Both the position numbers and the translations under genes were made by a program. Below, piece by piece: positions 9,369-19,929 of a DNA stretch of 64,000 nt. Each line of letters starts with the position of its first letter. Within the stretch, counting starts at the first letter, position 1. The stretch comes from Bacilli bacterium. Its GTDB lineage: Bacteria; Bacillota_I; Bacilli_A; RFN20; CAG-826. The notes below the pieces were generated by a model, which was given only the letters and a program-made list of their open reading frames with translations, had not been told where the DNA came from and searched no databases. Where the stretch lies: assembly GCA_035326105.1 (NCBI GenBank), contig DAOKYO010000002.1:9316-73315 (forward strand). The letters are read 5' to 3'.

Positions 9369-10618
9369 TGGAAAAGCGGGATTTAGTGATAATCGGGGGC
9401 GGATCGGCTGGTTTAAGCGCGGCGGTTGCGGCATTTGACTTAGGCATAAAATCAATATTAATTATTGAGCGCGGAAGTCATTTGGGCGGAATTCTCAATC
9501 AATGCATCCACACGGGCTTTGGTCTTTCCACTTTTAACGAACAACTTACCGGTCCGGAGTACGCCAGCCGTTATATACAGATGGTGGAAGATAGAAAAAT
9601 TGAATACCGACTTGAAACGAATGTTTTGGAAATCTCGCCGGCCAAGATTGTCACCATCGCCTCATCGGCAGGACTTTCCATGATAGAAGCCGGTGCGATT
9701 ATTCTTGCTACTGGCTGTTATGAACGCAATGCGGGAGCAATTCTTTTGCCGGGTGATCGGCCCCGGGGAATATTAACCGCTGGACAAGCCCAGGAATACA
9801 TCAACATTCGTGGCTATTCAGTCGGCAAGCGCATTTTTATTTTAGGCAGCGGAGATATTGGCCTTATAATGGCGCGAAGAATGACTTTAGAAGGCGCTCA
9901 AGTCCTGGGAGTGGCTGAAATTATGCCTTATAGCAACGGCTTACCAAGGAACATGGTGCAGTGCCTGGAAGACTTTAACATTCCGCTCTTTTTAAGTCAT
10001 ACCATCAGGGATGTTCAATCTTTAAATGGTAATCTAAGCGGCATAACAATTGCCCAAGTTGATCGAAACTTTCAGTTTATTGAAGGAACTGACAAACACT
10101 TTGATGTGGATACGCTATTATTATCAATCGGTCTTATTCCTTCAAATGAACTGTTGGACAATCTTCATATTCTTGCCAGCAAAACGCGGGGAGCGGTGGT
10201 CGACGAGCACCTTCAAACCGGCATGGCCGGAGTTTTCAGTTGCGGGAATTGTCTTCATGTCCACGATGTGGTTGATTTTGTCAGCCAAGAAGGCGCTTTA
10301 GCTGGGAGAAGTGCGGTTAAGTACCTGCGGCATGAGCTCAAGGATGGCGGCGATTTCATCCGGGTTGTGGCGGGGAATAACATCGGCTACGTAGTTCCGC
10401 AAATTATTCGCTACAGCGATCTTGACGAAGAGGGCGTCGTTTTAAAATATCGTCCCCAAAAACCATTAGAAAAAATTAAAATTCTCGTTTCCGTTGATGG
10501 CAGGGAAATAAAAAAAGTTTTTAAGCCATATGCTATTCCCAGTGAAATGGAAATGATAAAATTAAAAAAAGAAGATTTAGTGATGGGTCATGAATTAAAG
10601 GTGGAGGTGGCAGCTTAA
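9368..10618 (+). CDS. FAD/NAD(P)-binding pyridine nucleotide-disulfide family oxidoreductase (second subunit of the GlpA-like complex)
   Basis: 416 aa; GGGSAG and a second GSGDIG Rossmann motif; start overlaps the upstream stop (ATAATGG). Confidence 0.7.
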   Translation: MEKRDLVIIGGGSAGLSAAVAAFDLGIKSILIIERGSHLGGILNQCIHTGFGLSTFNEQLTGPEYASRYIQMVEDRKIEYRLETNVLEISPAKIVTIASSAGLSMIEAGAIILATGCYERNAGAILLPGDRPRGILTAGQAQEYINIRGYSVGKRIFILGSGDIGLIMARRMTLEGAQVLGVAEIMPYSNGLPRNMVQCLEDFNIPLFLSHTIRDVQSLNGNLSGITIAQVDRNFQFIEGTDKHFDVDTLLLSIGLIPSNELLDNLHILASKTRGAVVDEHLQTGMAGVFSCGNCLHVHDVVDFVSQEGALAGRSAVKYLRHELKDGGDFIRVVAGNNIGYVVPQIIRYSDLDEEGVVLKYRPQKPLEKIKILVSVDGREIKKVFKPYAIPSEMEMIKLKKEDLVMGHELKVEVAA

Positions 10619-10965
10619 TGCAACGGCAACTTATCTGTATCAATTGTCCCCGCGGATGTCATTTGATAGTTGACGATGATTTAAAAGTCACCGGCAATGC
10701 CTGTCCGCGCGGAGAAAAGTATGCCTTGGAAGAAATTTCTCACCCCGTTCGCTTTGTGGCAACGACGGTCACGATGGTTGAGAGCAAGGAAAGACGCTTA
10801 TCCGTGACTACCGATAGACCGATTGCCAAAGACCTGATTTTTCCTTTGATGAATCTTTTAAAGACGATAAAAATTCATCCCCCGGTTCACGTTGGCGATG
10901 AACTGGTACATCAAGTCCTCGGAACTGATTGCAATATAGTTGCGACAAAGACAATTTTAGAGTAA
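10618..10965 (+). CDS. DUF1667-family small Cys-rich protein (third gene of the GlpA-like cluster)
   Basis: 115 aa; CINCPRGCH...CPRGEKY metal-binding-like motifs; translationally coupled (TAATG). Confidence 0.6.
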   Translation: MQRQLICINCPRGCHLIVDDDLKVTGNACPRGEKYALEEISHPVRFVATTVTMVESKERRLSVTTDRPIAKDLIFPLMNLLKTIKIHPPVHVGDELVHQVLGTDCNIVATKTILE

Positions 10966-11067
10966 CCTTTTAGTTGTAAAAGGATGTTTATAGGTTATAA
11001 TGACTTGGAAATATTTTTATCTTTATTGATTGGCAAGATTTCCTTAGGTTAGAAGGAGGAGTTTTTT

Positions 11068-12750
11068 ATGACTGAAACCGTACGAATTTTCGCTTTAGGG
11101 GGGCTGGATGAAGATGGCAAAAATCTTTATGTCCTCGAAGCGGGAAATGATATTTTTATTATTGAAGCCGGAGCAAAATATCCCGACTCATCAAAGCCGG
11201 GAATTGATTTTATTATCGCTAATTATGATTATTTGTTGAAAAACAAGGATCGTGTTCGGGCATATATTATCACTCACGGCCACGACGATTTAATCGGCGC
11301 TTTACCTTATATGTACAAGGATATCCCGGCACCGATCTACGCCTCCAAGGCGACAATTATGATGATTGAAGGCTTTACGAAGCGCCGGGTGATGGACATT
11401 AAATATAACTTTGTCGAGATTGAACCATCTTCGCGCATTACCATTGCCAATAGAACTGTCCGTTTCTTTCAGACCTGCCATGCGATGATGCTCAGCAGCG
11501 GGGTGGCGATTAAAACCGAGCAGGGCTACGTTGTTTATAGTGGGGATTTCTTGGTGGAATATAATGCCAACCCCCATTACCGGCATGATTTGAATGCGTT
11601 GGCAAAGATTGCCGAGCGGCCGATTCTGGCTTTACTAAGCGAGAGCGAAGGAGCGGAAAAGGCCGGTTATACTTCTCCCAATCATCGCCTGACACCCCAT
11701 ATAACTGCCCCTTTTCAAGATTCGCAGGGACGGATTTTCATCTCGCTTTACAATCAGTCAACTTATCATCTTGAAGAGATCATCGATATGGTTAAAAAGC
11801 ACCATAAGAAGCTCTACTTATACGATGAGTACGTTCGTGATTATTTTGCTCGGTTTAATTCAATCGGCATGCTTAAGATTCCGCAAATTAATCTTGTTTC
11901 CCCGGATGATTTATTACGCGTCCGGAAAAATGACATGGTTATTTTAATGATGGCACAAGGTGACGATTTATATCGGGAAATCGAAGCTTTGGCCAATGGA
12001 GAAAATGAAGATAAACGGATTGTCTTAAATCCGGAAGACACCTTCATCGTTGCCGCTCCTCCCGCTCCTAACTTTGAACTGCTGGCTACGGATGCGATTG
12101 ATTGCCTATATCAAACGGGCGTCAAAGTTTACGAGATTAATCGGAAGATGATGTCGCCGATGCACGCGAGTGAAGAAGACTTAAAAATGATGATTTCGCT
12201 TCTTAAACCCCAGTATTACATTCCGGTTAAAGGTGAATATAAACAACTAATGGCCAATGCCAAACTGGCGGTTGGAATGGATGTTCAACTTTCGCACAAC
12301 AATATTTTTCTTTTGGATAACGGCATGACCATCAAATTTACCGATGGTAAGGCTCGACTTTACGCGGCCGGGGACGAAGTGGTTCCCACCGGCGATTTAT
12401 ATATCGATGGCACGGGCGTCGGGGATACGACATCCACCGTCCTTGACGATCGGACCATCCTCTCGGATGACGGCGTAATTGTCATGGGAATTGCGGTTTC
12501 AAAAGCCACTGCTAAAATTGTTGCCGGACCAGATATTCAGATGCGCGGATTTGTTTTTGTTCGCGAGAATGACGCCATTATTAATGAACTCACAAAGCTT
12601 TTGGTTACAAGTGTAAATGACTTCTTGAAGAAGGGCTCTTTTAATGCCGATAAGTGCGCGGAAGATATAAGTGAGCGCGCAAAACGCTTTGTGTGGCGCG
12701 AGACAAGACGCAGTCCGATGATTTTGCCCTTGATTTCGGTAGTTGACTGA
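11068..12750 (+). CDS. rnj: Ribonuclease J (metallo-beta-lactamase / beta-CASP RNase)
   Basis: 560 aa; ITHGHDDLIGALP MBL motif; RNase J-type architecture. Confidence 0.9.
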   Translation: MTETVRIFALGGLDEDGKNLYVLEAGNDIFIIEAGAKYPDSSKPGIDFIIANYDYLLKNKDRVRAYIITHGHDDLIGALPYMYKDIPAPIYASKATIMMIEGFTKRRVMDIKYNFVEIEPSSRITIANRTVRFFQTCHAMMLSSGVAIKTEQGYVVYSGDFLVEYNANPHYRHDLNALAKIAERPILALLSESEGAEKAGYTSPNHRLTPHITAPFQDSQGRIFISLYNQSTYHLEEIIDMVKKHHKKLYLYDEYVRDYFARFNSIGMLKIPQINLVSPDDLLRVRKNDMVILMMAQGDDLYREIEALANGENEDKRIVLNPEDTFIVAAPPAPNFELLATDAIDCLYQTGVKVYEINRKMMSPMHASEEDLKMMISLLKPQYYIPVKGEYKQLMANAKLAVGMDVQLSHNNIFLLDNGMTIKFTDGKARLYAAGDEVVPTGDLYIDGTGVGDTTSTVLDDRTILSDDGVIVMGIAVSKATAKIVAGPDIQMRGFVFVRENDAIINELTKLLVTSVNDFLKKGSFNADKCAEDISERAKRFVWRETRRSPMILPLISVVD

Positions 12751-12826
12751 ATTTAAATGAAAGTTTGGGTTTATTCAAATTCCACTTCTAGGTATAATTA
12801 ACATATACCGATAGGTGGACTTATCT

Positions 12827-15301
12827 ATGAGTAAAAGTACTGAATCAACCACTAAAAAGAACCGATCGGCACGTATTGATGTCCCTGGGGGCATAATGCT
12901 TGCCCTTTTTGGCTTACTGATAATTCTTAACCAATGGGTAGGGGCATTTCTGACCTATGCATTAACCTGGGCTTTTGGAACCCTATATGTGATTCCGGTA
13001 TTGTTGTTATTTATTGTGGGGGTCCGCCTTATTTTTATTCGGGAAAGACACTTTCCGCTCAGAGCCTCAGTCACAATCGGACTTATATTAATTTTGCTTG
13101 CTTTGTCCGGCTTTATGGCTTATTTAGAAAAAAGAGATCCGGCTGAATTTGCATTTAAAAATATCTTTATCGATCAAACTGCATATCTTGGGGTAGCTAT
13201 TCAAGAATCGATGGCCACTCCGTTATCATTTGCCTTTCATGGCGGCGGTGTTTTCGGCAACGTCATCTATTTTGGATTATATATCGGATTAAAAGAAGTT
13301 TGGACCTTGGTAGCCTTAAGTGTTTTGGCCTTCATCGGCTTGATGATTGTTTTTTGGTCGCTTTTGCGCCGATTGGTCGCTAAAATGAGGATTTCACTGA
13401 CGAGTAAACGGAAAAAGAAAAACTTTTTCTCCGAAGCCGGAAATTTGGAAAATCTACAGCAGATTAGTCAGGGCAATGAAGACGACGTCAGTAAAAATAG
13501 ACCGCTGACAAAAGATCATAATCTGCTATCCAATGTTGCCCTTGGCAGTATGCAGAAGGCGGTTTTCGTTGAAGAAGATACCTTTGATATAGAAAGTGAA
13601 AGAAAAGTTTTGACTCTCAAATCCGCCATTTCAGATGAAGTTAATTTTGAGGACATAAAGAGTGAAAACACCGAGCGTATCGAATCAACAAGCGCTTCCC
13701 GGGAAGAGGTGTTGCCGCTACAAGAAGAGGAAGTCAGCGTTTTTTCCATTCCCAATCCCGAAAATAAAACCAGTGAACGCGTAACCGTTCCGGTTGAGAA
13801 AATGAACTATCAAAATGATAACGACTTTGCTCCCTTACTCGGCGGGAAACTACCCGATTCCGCTTTGCTCGAAGAGCATCATGATAATCTTAACTCGCAG
13901 GAAAACCAGGATTTGGCCGATAAGCGAGTGAATATCATTAATCAGACTTTTAACAACTTAAATGTTGGCGCCTCGGCTGTTTCCTATACCATCGGTCCGG
14001 CGGTCACCCGCTATGACATCAAAATGAATCCTGATGTCTCCGTCAGTCAGGTGTCAAAAGTTATTCCGGATATTTCGATTCGGCTGGGAGGGATACCCGC
14101 TCGTTTTGAGACGATAGTTCCGGGAAAGTCGACTTCCGGATTGGAAATCGCTAATGGCAAGACATCCCTGGTCAGTTTTCGCGAATGCTTTGAATCTCTA
14201 CCGGATGAACTTGCCAGCAAACTGGTTTTTCCGTTTGGAAAAAATATTTCGGGTGAAGTGGTAATGGCCTCTTTAGAGGAGTTTCCTCACCTTTTGGTTT
14301 CCGGTTCAACCGGCAGCGGAAAATCAATTTTTATGCATTCGCTCATCATGAGTTTGATAATGCGCAATACCCCGGATGAATTACGTCTAATTATAATCGA
14401 TCCCAAGCGCGTGGAAATGGCTCGCTATCGGGATATGCCCCATCTTTTTTGCCCGATAATATCCGATTATGCCGAAGCTAAGACGGCCATGTCGCGCCTG
14501 GTGGGAGAAATGGAAGATCGCTACTTGCGATTTGAAGAAGCCGGGGCATCGAAAATCAGCCAATACAATGACTATGCGATTGGCAATGGGCTGCCGCCGA
14601 TGCCTAAAATTGTCGTTGTCATCGATGAATATGCGGATTTAGTCGAAGGAGCCAAGGACATTGCCACTCCAATCGTCCGACTGGCGCAAAAATCCCGCGC
14701 GGCGGGAATTCACTTAGTTATTTCCACGCAGCGCCCTTCAGTTAATGTTATTACCGGTGTAATAAAAGCCAACCTTCCTGTTCGGGTGGCCTTGATGATG
14801 GCATCAACCGTTGATTCAACCACGATTTTAAACGAAGGTGGAGCCGAACAGCTGCTAGGAAACGGCGATATGCTGATTGATTGCCCGCAAATTTCCCGCA
14901 GTGGTTTTGTTCGCGTTCAAGGAGCTTTCATCGATGGTCGGGAGATTCGGCGGGTTGTTGATTATTTAAAACATCAATTTAAAACCGAGTATGACGATAA
15001 TTTCTTCGACCTTACCGATCATAGTGCGATGGGACCAAGTTTTGAGGGCGAGGGAACCGATCACGATGATGCCTATTTTGAAGTTAAAAAATGGGTTATG
15101 AGTCAAGAGTACACTTCGATATCCAAAATTCAACGAACATTTAACTTCGGCTTTCCTCGGGCGATGAGAATTTTTCGGAAATTGCAAAGCGAAGGGATTG
15201 TGGACGACAGTTCAGAATCGAATTCAGCCCGGGGTTCTTTGGTTATAAAACGTAATCCTCAATCAATTGAGGAAACAAAAATTGACCGCGGAGATTATTA
15301 A
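12827..15301 (+). CDS. ftsK: DNA translocase FtsK/SpoIIIE
   Basis: N-terminal TM helices, long linker, motor domain with GSTGSGKS Walker A, C-terminal gamma wHTH; ATG at 12827 preceded by AGGTGG (the ORF track uses an upstream GTG at 12815). Confidence 0.9.
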   Translation: MSKSTESTTKKNRSARIDVPGGIMLALFGLLIILNQWVGAFLTYALTWAFGTLYVIPVLLLFIVGVRLIFIRERHFPLRASVTIGLILILLALSGFMAYLEKRDPAEFAFKNIFIDQTAYLGVAIQESMATPLSFAFHGGGVFGNVIYFGLYIGLKEVWTLVALSVLAFIGLMIVFWSLLRRLVAKMRISLTSKRKKKNFFSEAGNLENLQQISQGNEDDVSKNRPLTKDHNLLSNVALGSMQKAVFVEEDTFDIESERKVLTLKSAISDEVNFEDIKSENTERIESTSASREEVLPLQEEEVSVFSIPNPENKTSERVTVPVEKMNYQNDNDFAPLLGGKLPDSALLEEHHDNLNSQENQDLADKRVNIINQTFNNLNVGASAVSYTIGPAVTRYDIKMNPDVSVSQVSKVIPDISIRLGGIPARFETIVPGKSTSGLEIANGKTSLVSFRECFESLPDELASKLVFPFGKNISGEVVMASLEEFPHLLVSGSTGSGKSIFMHSLIMSLIMRNTPDELRLIIIDPKRVEMARYRDMPHLFCPIISDYAEAKTAMSRLVGEMEDRYLRFEEAGASKISQYNDYAIGNGLPPMPKIVVVIDEYADLVEGAKDIATPIVRLAQKSRAAGIHLVISTQRPSVNVITGVIKANLPVRVALMMASTVDSTTILNEGGAEQLLGNGDMLIDCPQISRSGFVRVQGAFIDGREIRRVVDYLKHQFKTEYDDNFFDLTDHSAMGPSFEGEGTDHDDAYFEVKKWVMSQEYTSISKIQRTFNFGFPRAMRIFRKLQSEGIVDDSSESNSARGSLVIKRNPQSIEETKIDRGDY

Positions 15302-15302
15302 T

Positions 15303-15629
15303 ATGAGCGTTGGTATCGATATTGTTTCCATTCAGAGGTTTAAGGATAAACCGGATTTGATTGCCCGGGTCTTAAGTGCGAATGAACTTGATGAGTATAA
15401 GCGAAGAAAAAACAGCCTCGAGTTTGTCGCGGGCCACTTCGCTGCCAAGGAAGCCTTCCTAAAGGCCAACCGATTTGAGCATCAAGTTGCATTTAGTAAA
15501 ATCGAAATACTATACTTTGACAACGGACGGCCTTATATTTATTTTGAAAAGGGAATCTATGAGAATATTTCGATTAGTCACGATGGAGGAATTGCCATTG
15601 CTATCGTCAATATCGAAGAAGGAAAATAA
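15303..15629 (+). CDS. acpS: Holo-[acyl-carrier-protein] synthase
   Basis: About 108 aa from the internal ATG (MSVGIDIVSIQRF...); the stop of ftsK overlaps (TAATATG). Confidence 0.85.
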   Translation: MSVGIDIVSIQRFKDKPDLIARVLSANELDEYKRRKNSLEFVAGHFAAKEAFLKANRFEHQVAFSKIEILYFDNGRPYIYFEKGIYENISISHDGGIAIAIVNIEEGK

Positions 15630-15631
15630 TT

Positions 15632-17794
15632 ATGTCGGATTGTATTTTTAAAGCCAAATTACTTGAACCGGATTTAATTCGCGTGCTCATTTATGCCCAC
15701 CTGTCGAAACTCGATAACCCCAGTTTTACGATGGTGACGGATGGGACTACGAGAAAACTTTCCAATATTGAAAAAGTGACGGTGCAGTTTAATAATTATG
15801 CTTACGATATACGGCTTGATGAGCCTTTGGAATTAGGCCACGCCTACGATATCATAAGTGCTAACTTCGGACGGACCGCTCTCGATGTGACTAAAGCTAC
15901 CGAATTTGCCGACTTTGACGAGAGATTTTATTATCCTGAACCGCTGGGGTTTATCTATACACCTAAGGCAACCACTTTTCAGTTATGGGCGCCGCTCGCC
16001 TCGCAAGTCGAGGTGGTGTATGAACTGCACGCGCATGAGTATCGGCAGATAATGCAGCGCGAAGAAAAAGGTGTTTTTCGGGCGCGTATCGATAAAAATC
16101 TCGATGGTGCAAGATATTATTTTTCGATTGTTAACTCCGGGCAGATAGTTATGGCTACCGATCCGTATGCCATCGCTTCAACGGAAAATGGCCATCGCTC
16201 GGCCGTGGTAAATTTAACTCGGATTAAAACGCCGCTTTATGAGGACAAACTACCGCCTTTTAGTAACTATAATGATGCTATTATCTATGAAGCCAGTGTT
16301 CGCGATATGACAATTGATAAGACGACGACTATCCGAAGTAAAGGAACCTATCGTGGTCTAATTGAACATCGAGCCAAAACTCGGCAAGGCAATAAGGTGG
16401 GAATAGATTATCTAGTCTCCCTGGGTATCACCCATTTGCAGCTGATGCCGATATACGATTTTGCCACTGTGGATGAAACCAATCCGCGAGCGGCATATAA
16501 TTGGGGATATGATCCGGCGCAATACCTCGTTCCTGAAGGCTCATTATCCACCAATCCGAGCGATCCTTATACGCGAATTAAAGAGGTAAGAACAATGGTC
16601 TCCGCTTTTCATCAGGCGGGAATCAGAGTCAATATGGATGTGGTTTTTAATCATGTTTATGAATCGGCAACCAGCGTTTTTGAGCGCGTTGTTCCAAATT
16701 TTTATTTTCGCCGGCAAGAGGATGGCAAACTTTCAAACGGGTCGTTTTGCGGTAACGATTTAGCCAGCGAGCGACCGATGGTTCGACATTTGATTCTTCA
16801 GGCTGTCCGTCACTGGATAACCTTTTATGGAATTGATGGTTATCGCTTTGATTTGATGGGAATATTGGACATTGCAACGATGAAAATTATCGAAGACGAA
16901 ACGCGCAAACTTAAAGCTGGATTTATGCTTTATGGCGAAGGCTGGAACATGCCGACTGCGCTTTCTAATAACGAACGGGCGACGATGGAAAACGCGCACC
17001 TTTTACCTGGATATGCTTTTTTTAATGATTCTTTTCGCGATATTGTCAAGGGTCCGACAGCGGATGATCATCTGGCGGATAAGGGCTATTTATCGGGAGC
17101 AGAAGAGTATCGATTGGGTTTTAAGTTTGCCTATGTAGGCAGCTCCTTGGACTTAGTGTTTAAACCCAAATTTCAATTTCCCCATCAGTCGGTCAACTAT
17201 GTTGAATGCCACGATAACAGCACGCTTTTTGATAAGTTGGTAATCGCCACCCCCGAGGATAGCGAACGGGATATTCTTCAACGAATAAAATTAATCAATG
17301 CAATTAATATGATTGCTTTTGGGGTGCCTTTCTTTCATCAAGGTCAAGAAATTGGACTCAGTAAATTTGGTGATTTTAACTCTTATAAAAGTGGGGATAA
17401 AGTTAATCAATTTGCCTATGTTAAATTGGACGATCGCCTTGAAATGGCCAATTATTTCTATGAATTGACTAAGTTACGCAAGGATTGCGACTTTTTACGG
17501 GAAGATCAGCCCAGTCATATTGAAAATATGATTGAATTTGAAGATTTGCCCTCGGGAGGACTTTTAATTGATTACGTGAAACTTCCATCCCAAGGTGCCT
17601 ATAAGCAATTTTCGGTTTTTATCAATCCGAGCAAGGAAAACATCTTTTACGAACTAAAAAATTACGCCAAAATTATTTTTTCCAGTTCGGGCTATGTCGC
17701 GGGAAAATTAGAAACTTTCGTTCGGCGCGTAATGATTCCGCCCCTCAGTGTTATAATTGTAGGGCTTCGTCACGAAGATGATTTTGAATTATAG
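15632..17794 (+). CDS. pulA: Type I pullulanase / GH13 debranching enzyme, no signal peptide (cytoplasmic AmyX-like)
   Basis: 720 aa; GH13 motifs VVFNHV, GYRFDLMG, YGEGWN, YVECHDN; no N-terminal signal sequence. Confidence 0.8.
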   Translation: MSDCIFKAKLLEPDLIRVLIYAHLSKLDNPSFTMVTDGTTRKLSNIEKVTVQFNNYAYDIRLDEPLELGHAYDIISANFGRTALDVTKATEFADFDERFYYPEPLGFIYTPKATTFQLWAPLASQVEVVYELHAHEYRQIMQREEKGVFRARIDKNLDGARYYFSIVNSGQIVMATDPYAIASTENGHRSAVVNLTRIKTPLYEDKLPPFSNYNDAIIYEASVRDMTIDKTTTIRSKGTYRGLIEHRAKTRQGNKVGIDYLVSLGITHLQLMPIYDFATVDETNPRAAYNWGYDPAQYLVPEGSLSTNPSDPYTRIKEVRTMVSAFHQAGIRVNMDVVFNHVYESATSVFERVVPNFYFRRQEDGKLSNGSFCGNDLASERPMVRHLILQAVRHWITFYGIDGYRFDLMGILDIATMKIIEDETRKLKAGFMLYGEGWNMPTALSNNERATMENAHLLPGYAFFNDSFRDIVKGPTADDHLADKGYLSGAEEYRLGFKFAYVGSSLDLVFKPKFQFPHQSVNYVECHDNSTLFDKLVIATPEDSERDILQRIKLINAINMIAFGVPFFHQGQEIGLSKFGDFNSYKSGDKVNQFAYVKLDDRLEMANYFYELTKLRKDCDFLREDQPSHIENMIEFEDLPSGGLLIDYVKLPSQGAYKQFSVFINPSKENIFYELKNYAKIIFSSSGYVAGKLETFVRRVMIPPLSVIIVGLRHEDDFEL

Positions 17795-17803
17795 GGGCAA
17801 GTT

Positions 17804-18583
17804 ATGTGGAAATACCTACGTTTAGTGTTTGTCTTTGTACCGAAATTAATTTGGGCATACTTTGCCTGGATTTTTGCTTACTCCCGTCACCCCGAACGGT
17901 ATTCGCTTTCACAAAGATATGCGAAAGCGCATAAGTTGTGCCTGCAATTTGTCAAAGATATTCGATTGGATGTTCACCATCAGGGATTGGGATATATCCG
18001 TCGGCAAAAACCACAGTATATTATCGTCAATCACTTTGGTTTTCTTGATCCGATTGTTATCATGGCAATCACCGACAAACCCCTCTTGTTTGTTGCAAAA
18101 AAAGAGGCAAGAAAGATGCCGTTTATCGGGCGTATTCTCCAATCCATTGATGCTGTTTTTCTCAATCGGGAAGATTTAAAGCAGGAAGTAAAAGCGATGT
18201 CGATGGTCAAGAAATTTCTTCAAGGGGGGCGCACGGTTATTATTTTCCCCGAAGGGACGCGCAACCGCAAATATTCGGCATCCTTGGGGATGTTTAAACC
18301 CGGGGCCTTCAAAGTACCGGAAGTTTTGGATGTCGAAATTGTTCCGGTGGCTATTATCGGAACCCAATTTGCCTTACTCTTATCCACCAATTGGAAAGTT
18401 TTTCCAATTGAAGTCTTAATTATGCCCCCCTACTTACCATCCAGTGAAAAGTTGGGCAGCGTCGGACTGAGCAAAAAATTCCAAGCGCTTATGCAATCGA
18501 TGGTTGATGATATTCGCGCGAAGGAAAATAATCGTATTTCGGCTTTTCTCACCAAACGTCAAAAAGAATTAATTAACGATTAG
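17804..18583 (+). CDS. plsC: 1-acyl-sn-glycerol-3-phosphate acyltransferase
   Basis: 259 aa; acyltransferase motifs VNHFGFLD (HX4D) and FPEGTR. Confidence 0.8.
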   Translation: MWKYLRLVFVFVPKLIWAYFAWIFAYSRHPERYSLSQRYAKAHKLCLQFVKDIRLDVHHQGLGYIRRQKPQYIIVNHFGFLDPIVIMAITDKPLLFVAKKEARKMPFIGRILQSIDAVFLNREDLKQEVKAMSMVKKFLQGGRTVIIFPEGTRNRKYSASLGMFKPGAFKVPEVLDVEIVPVAIIGTQFALLLSTNWKVFPIEVLIMPPYLPSSEKLGSVGLSKKFQALMQSMVDDIRAKENNRISAFLTKRQKELIND

Positions 18584-19842
18584 TGTCTTAACCCTTTCGG
18601 ATAGTGATTTTTGAGAATACCATCAACGGCCTTTACCCAGCCAAGGTTGATATGATCATAACTTACGACATGGAAGCCGTTAGCTATTTCTCGGTGCAAA
18701 GTATCGCCATGGCGATACTTTTTCATTTCTTCCATGGTAAGATTGATACTATTTTCAAAGCCTAAATAATGCGCAAGATGATGATCAGGCAGTAGATGGT
18801 CACCATGAGCAACTGCTACTTTTACTCCTGAACGTAATACATTAAAGCCCTTATTAATTTCCAATGCGGGATTTAAAAGATAAAATCCGTCATTTCTTTT
18901 TAACAGTTGCCCTTTTAATGAATAATTAAAAAACGAATAACACTCAGGAGGCGCAAAATGGCTTTCCGAACTTTCATTTGGTTTTTGAAGACAAGCAACA
19001 AATTGACCTTCCCCAGGAAAAATGGCGGGAAGAAAATAAAGTGCCTCGTTTATTTTTGGCGAATGATAAACATACTCTTCGGTGGTTAAAGGAAGGATGA
19101 TGGCTGATCTTTGATTCAGAAGATGCTCGACAATCGCTTCATTTTCCTCATAGGAAAAGGAACAAGTGGAATATAAAAGTTTTCCTCCCGGTTTAAGAAG
19201 ATCAAACGCGCGGATTATCAGTTTCTTCTGAATCTCCGCGAACCGTAAAACTTTTGCTAACGACCAATCGTCGCGCATCGCTTGGCTTTTGCGGAGCATG
19301 CCGCTTCCCGAGCAGGGGGCATCAAGAAATACCTTATCAAATAAAAGATCTTTAAAGTCGGTTTTTTGAAAATCGTTATTTGTAACGATGACATTTCCCA
19401 AACCCATGCGTTCAACGTTTTTTGAAAGTGTGAGCGCTCGAAGTCCATCGATATCATTACTTATAACAATGCCGTTATCGTTAAGTCGCATGGCGGCCTG
19501 GATGGTTTTTCCTCCGGGAGCAGCCGCAAAATCCAAGACGATGTCATTGGGTTCATAATGAAAAAAATTGGCTACGCTCATCGCGCTCGGATCTTGAAGA
19601 TAAAATGCCCCGGCATCGTGATAGATGGTCTTGCCTAAATCGTACACTAAAGGATCATATATAAAGGCGTGAGGCACCAGCGGATGGATTTTGGCTGAAG
19701 GAAACAACTCTAAAAAATGCTCATCGGACATCTTTCTTGGATTAAGAAGAGCGGCGTGCATTGCCGGTTTAGATAAAGATTCAATTAAAGGGGTGGCAAT
19801 ATCAATTGGGAAAATAGTTTTAATGTATTCTTCAATGTTCAT
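18580..19842 (-). CDS. NOL1/NOP2/Sun-family rRNA m5C methyltransferase (RsmF-like)
   Basis: 420 aa; SAM-MTase motifs (DFAAAPGGKT, DAPCSGSG, catalytic TCS); stop overlaps the plsC stop convergently. Confidence 0.8.
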   Translation of the reverse strand: MNIEEYIKTIFPIDIATPLIESLSKPAMHAALLNPRKMSDEHFLELFPSAKIHPLVPHAFIYDPLVYDLGKTIYHDAGAFYLQDPSAMSVANFFHYEPNDIVLDFAAAPGGKTIQAAMRLNDNGIVISNDIDGLRALTLSKNVERMGLGNVIVTNNDFQKTDFKDLLFDKVFLDAPCSGSGMLRKSQAMRDDWSLAKVLRFAEIQKKLIIRAFDLLKPGGKLLYSTCSFSYEENEAIVEHLLNQRSAIILPLTTEEYVYHSPKINEALYFLPAIFPGEGQFVACLQKPNESSESHFAPPECYSFFNYSLKGQLLKRNDGFYLLNPALEINKGFNVLRSGVKVAVAHGDHLLPDHHLAHYLGFENSINLTMEEMKKYRHGDTLHREIANGFHVVSYDHINLGWVKAVDGILKNHYPKGLRH

Positions 19843-19929
19843 GAAAAAGCCTCTTTTTTTAAGAAAAAAATAAAATAGCCAACTAAATAGACTTTTTTAT
19901 TATATAATATAACCAAGGAGTTTTAAATT

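Noticed and set aside
12815-12826. FtsK start at the upstream GTG used by the ORF track
   Set aside because: The in-frame ATG at 12827 has a better-placed AGGTGG RBS. The 12 nt difference is immaterial.
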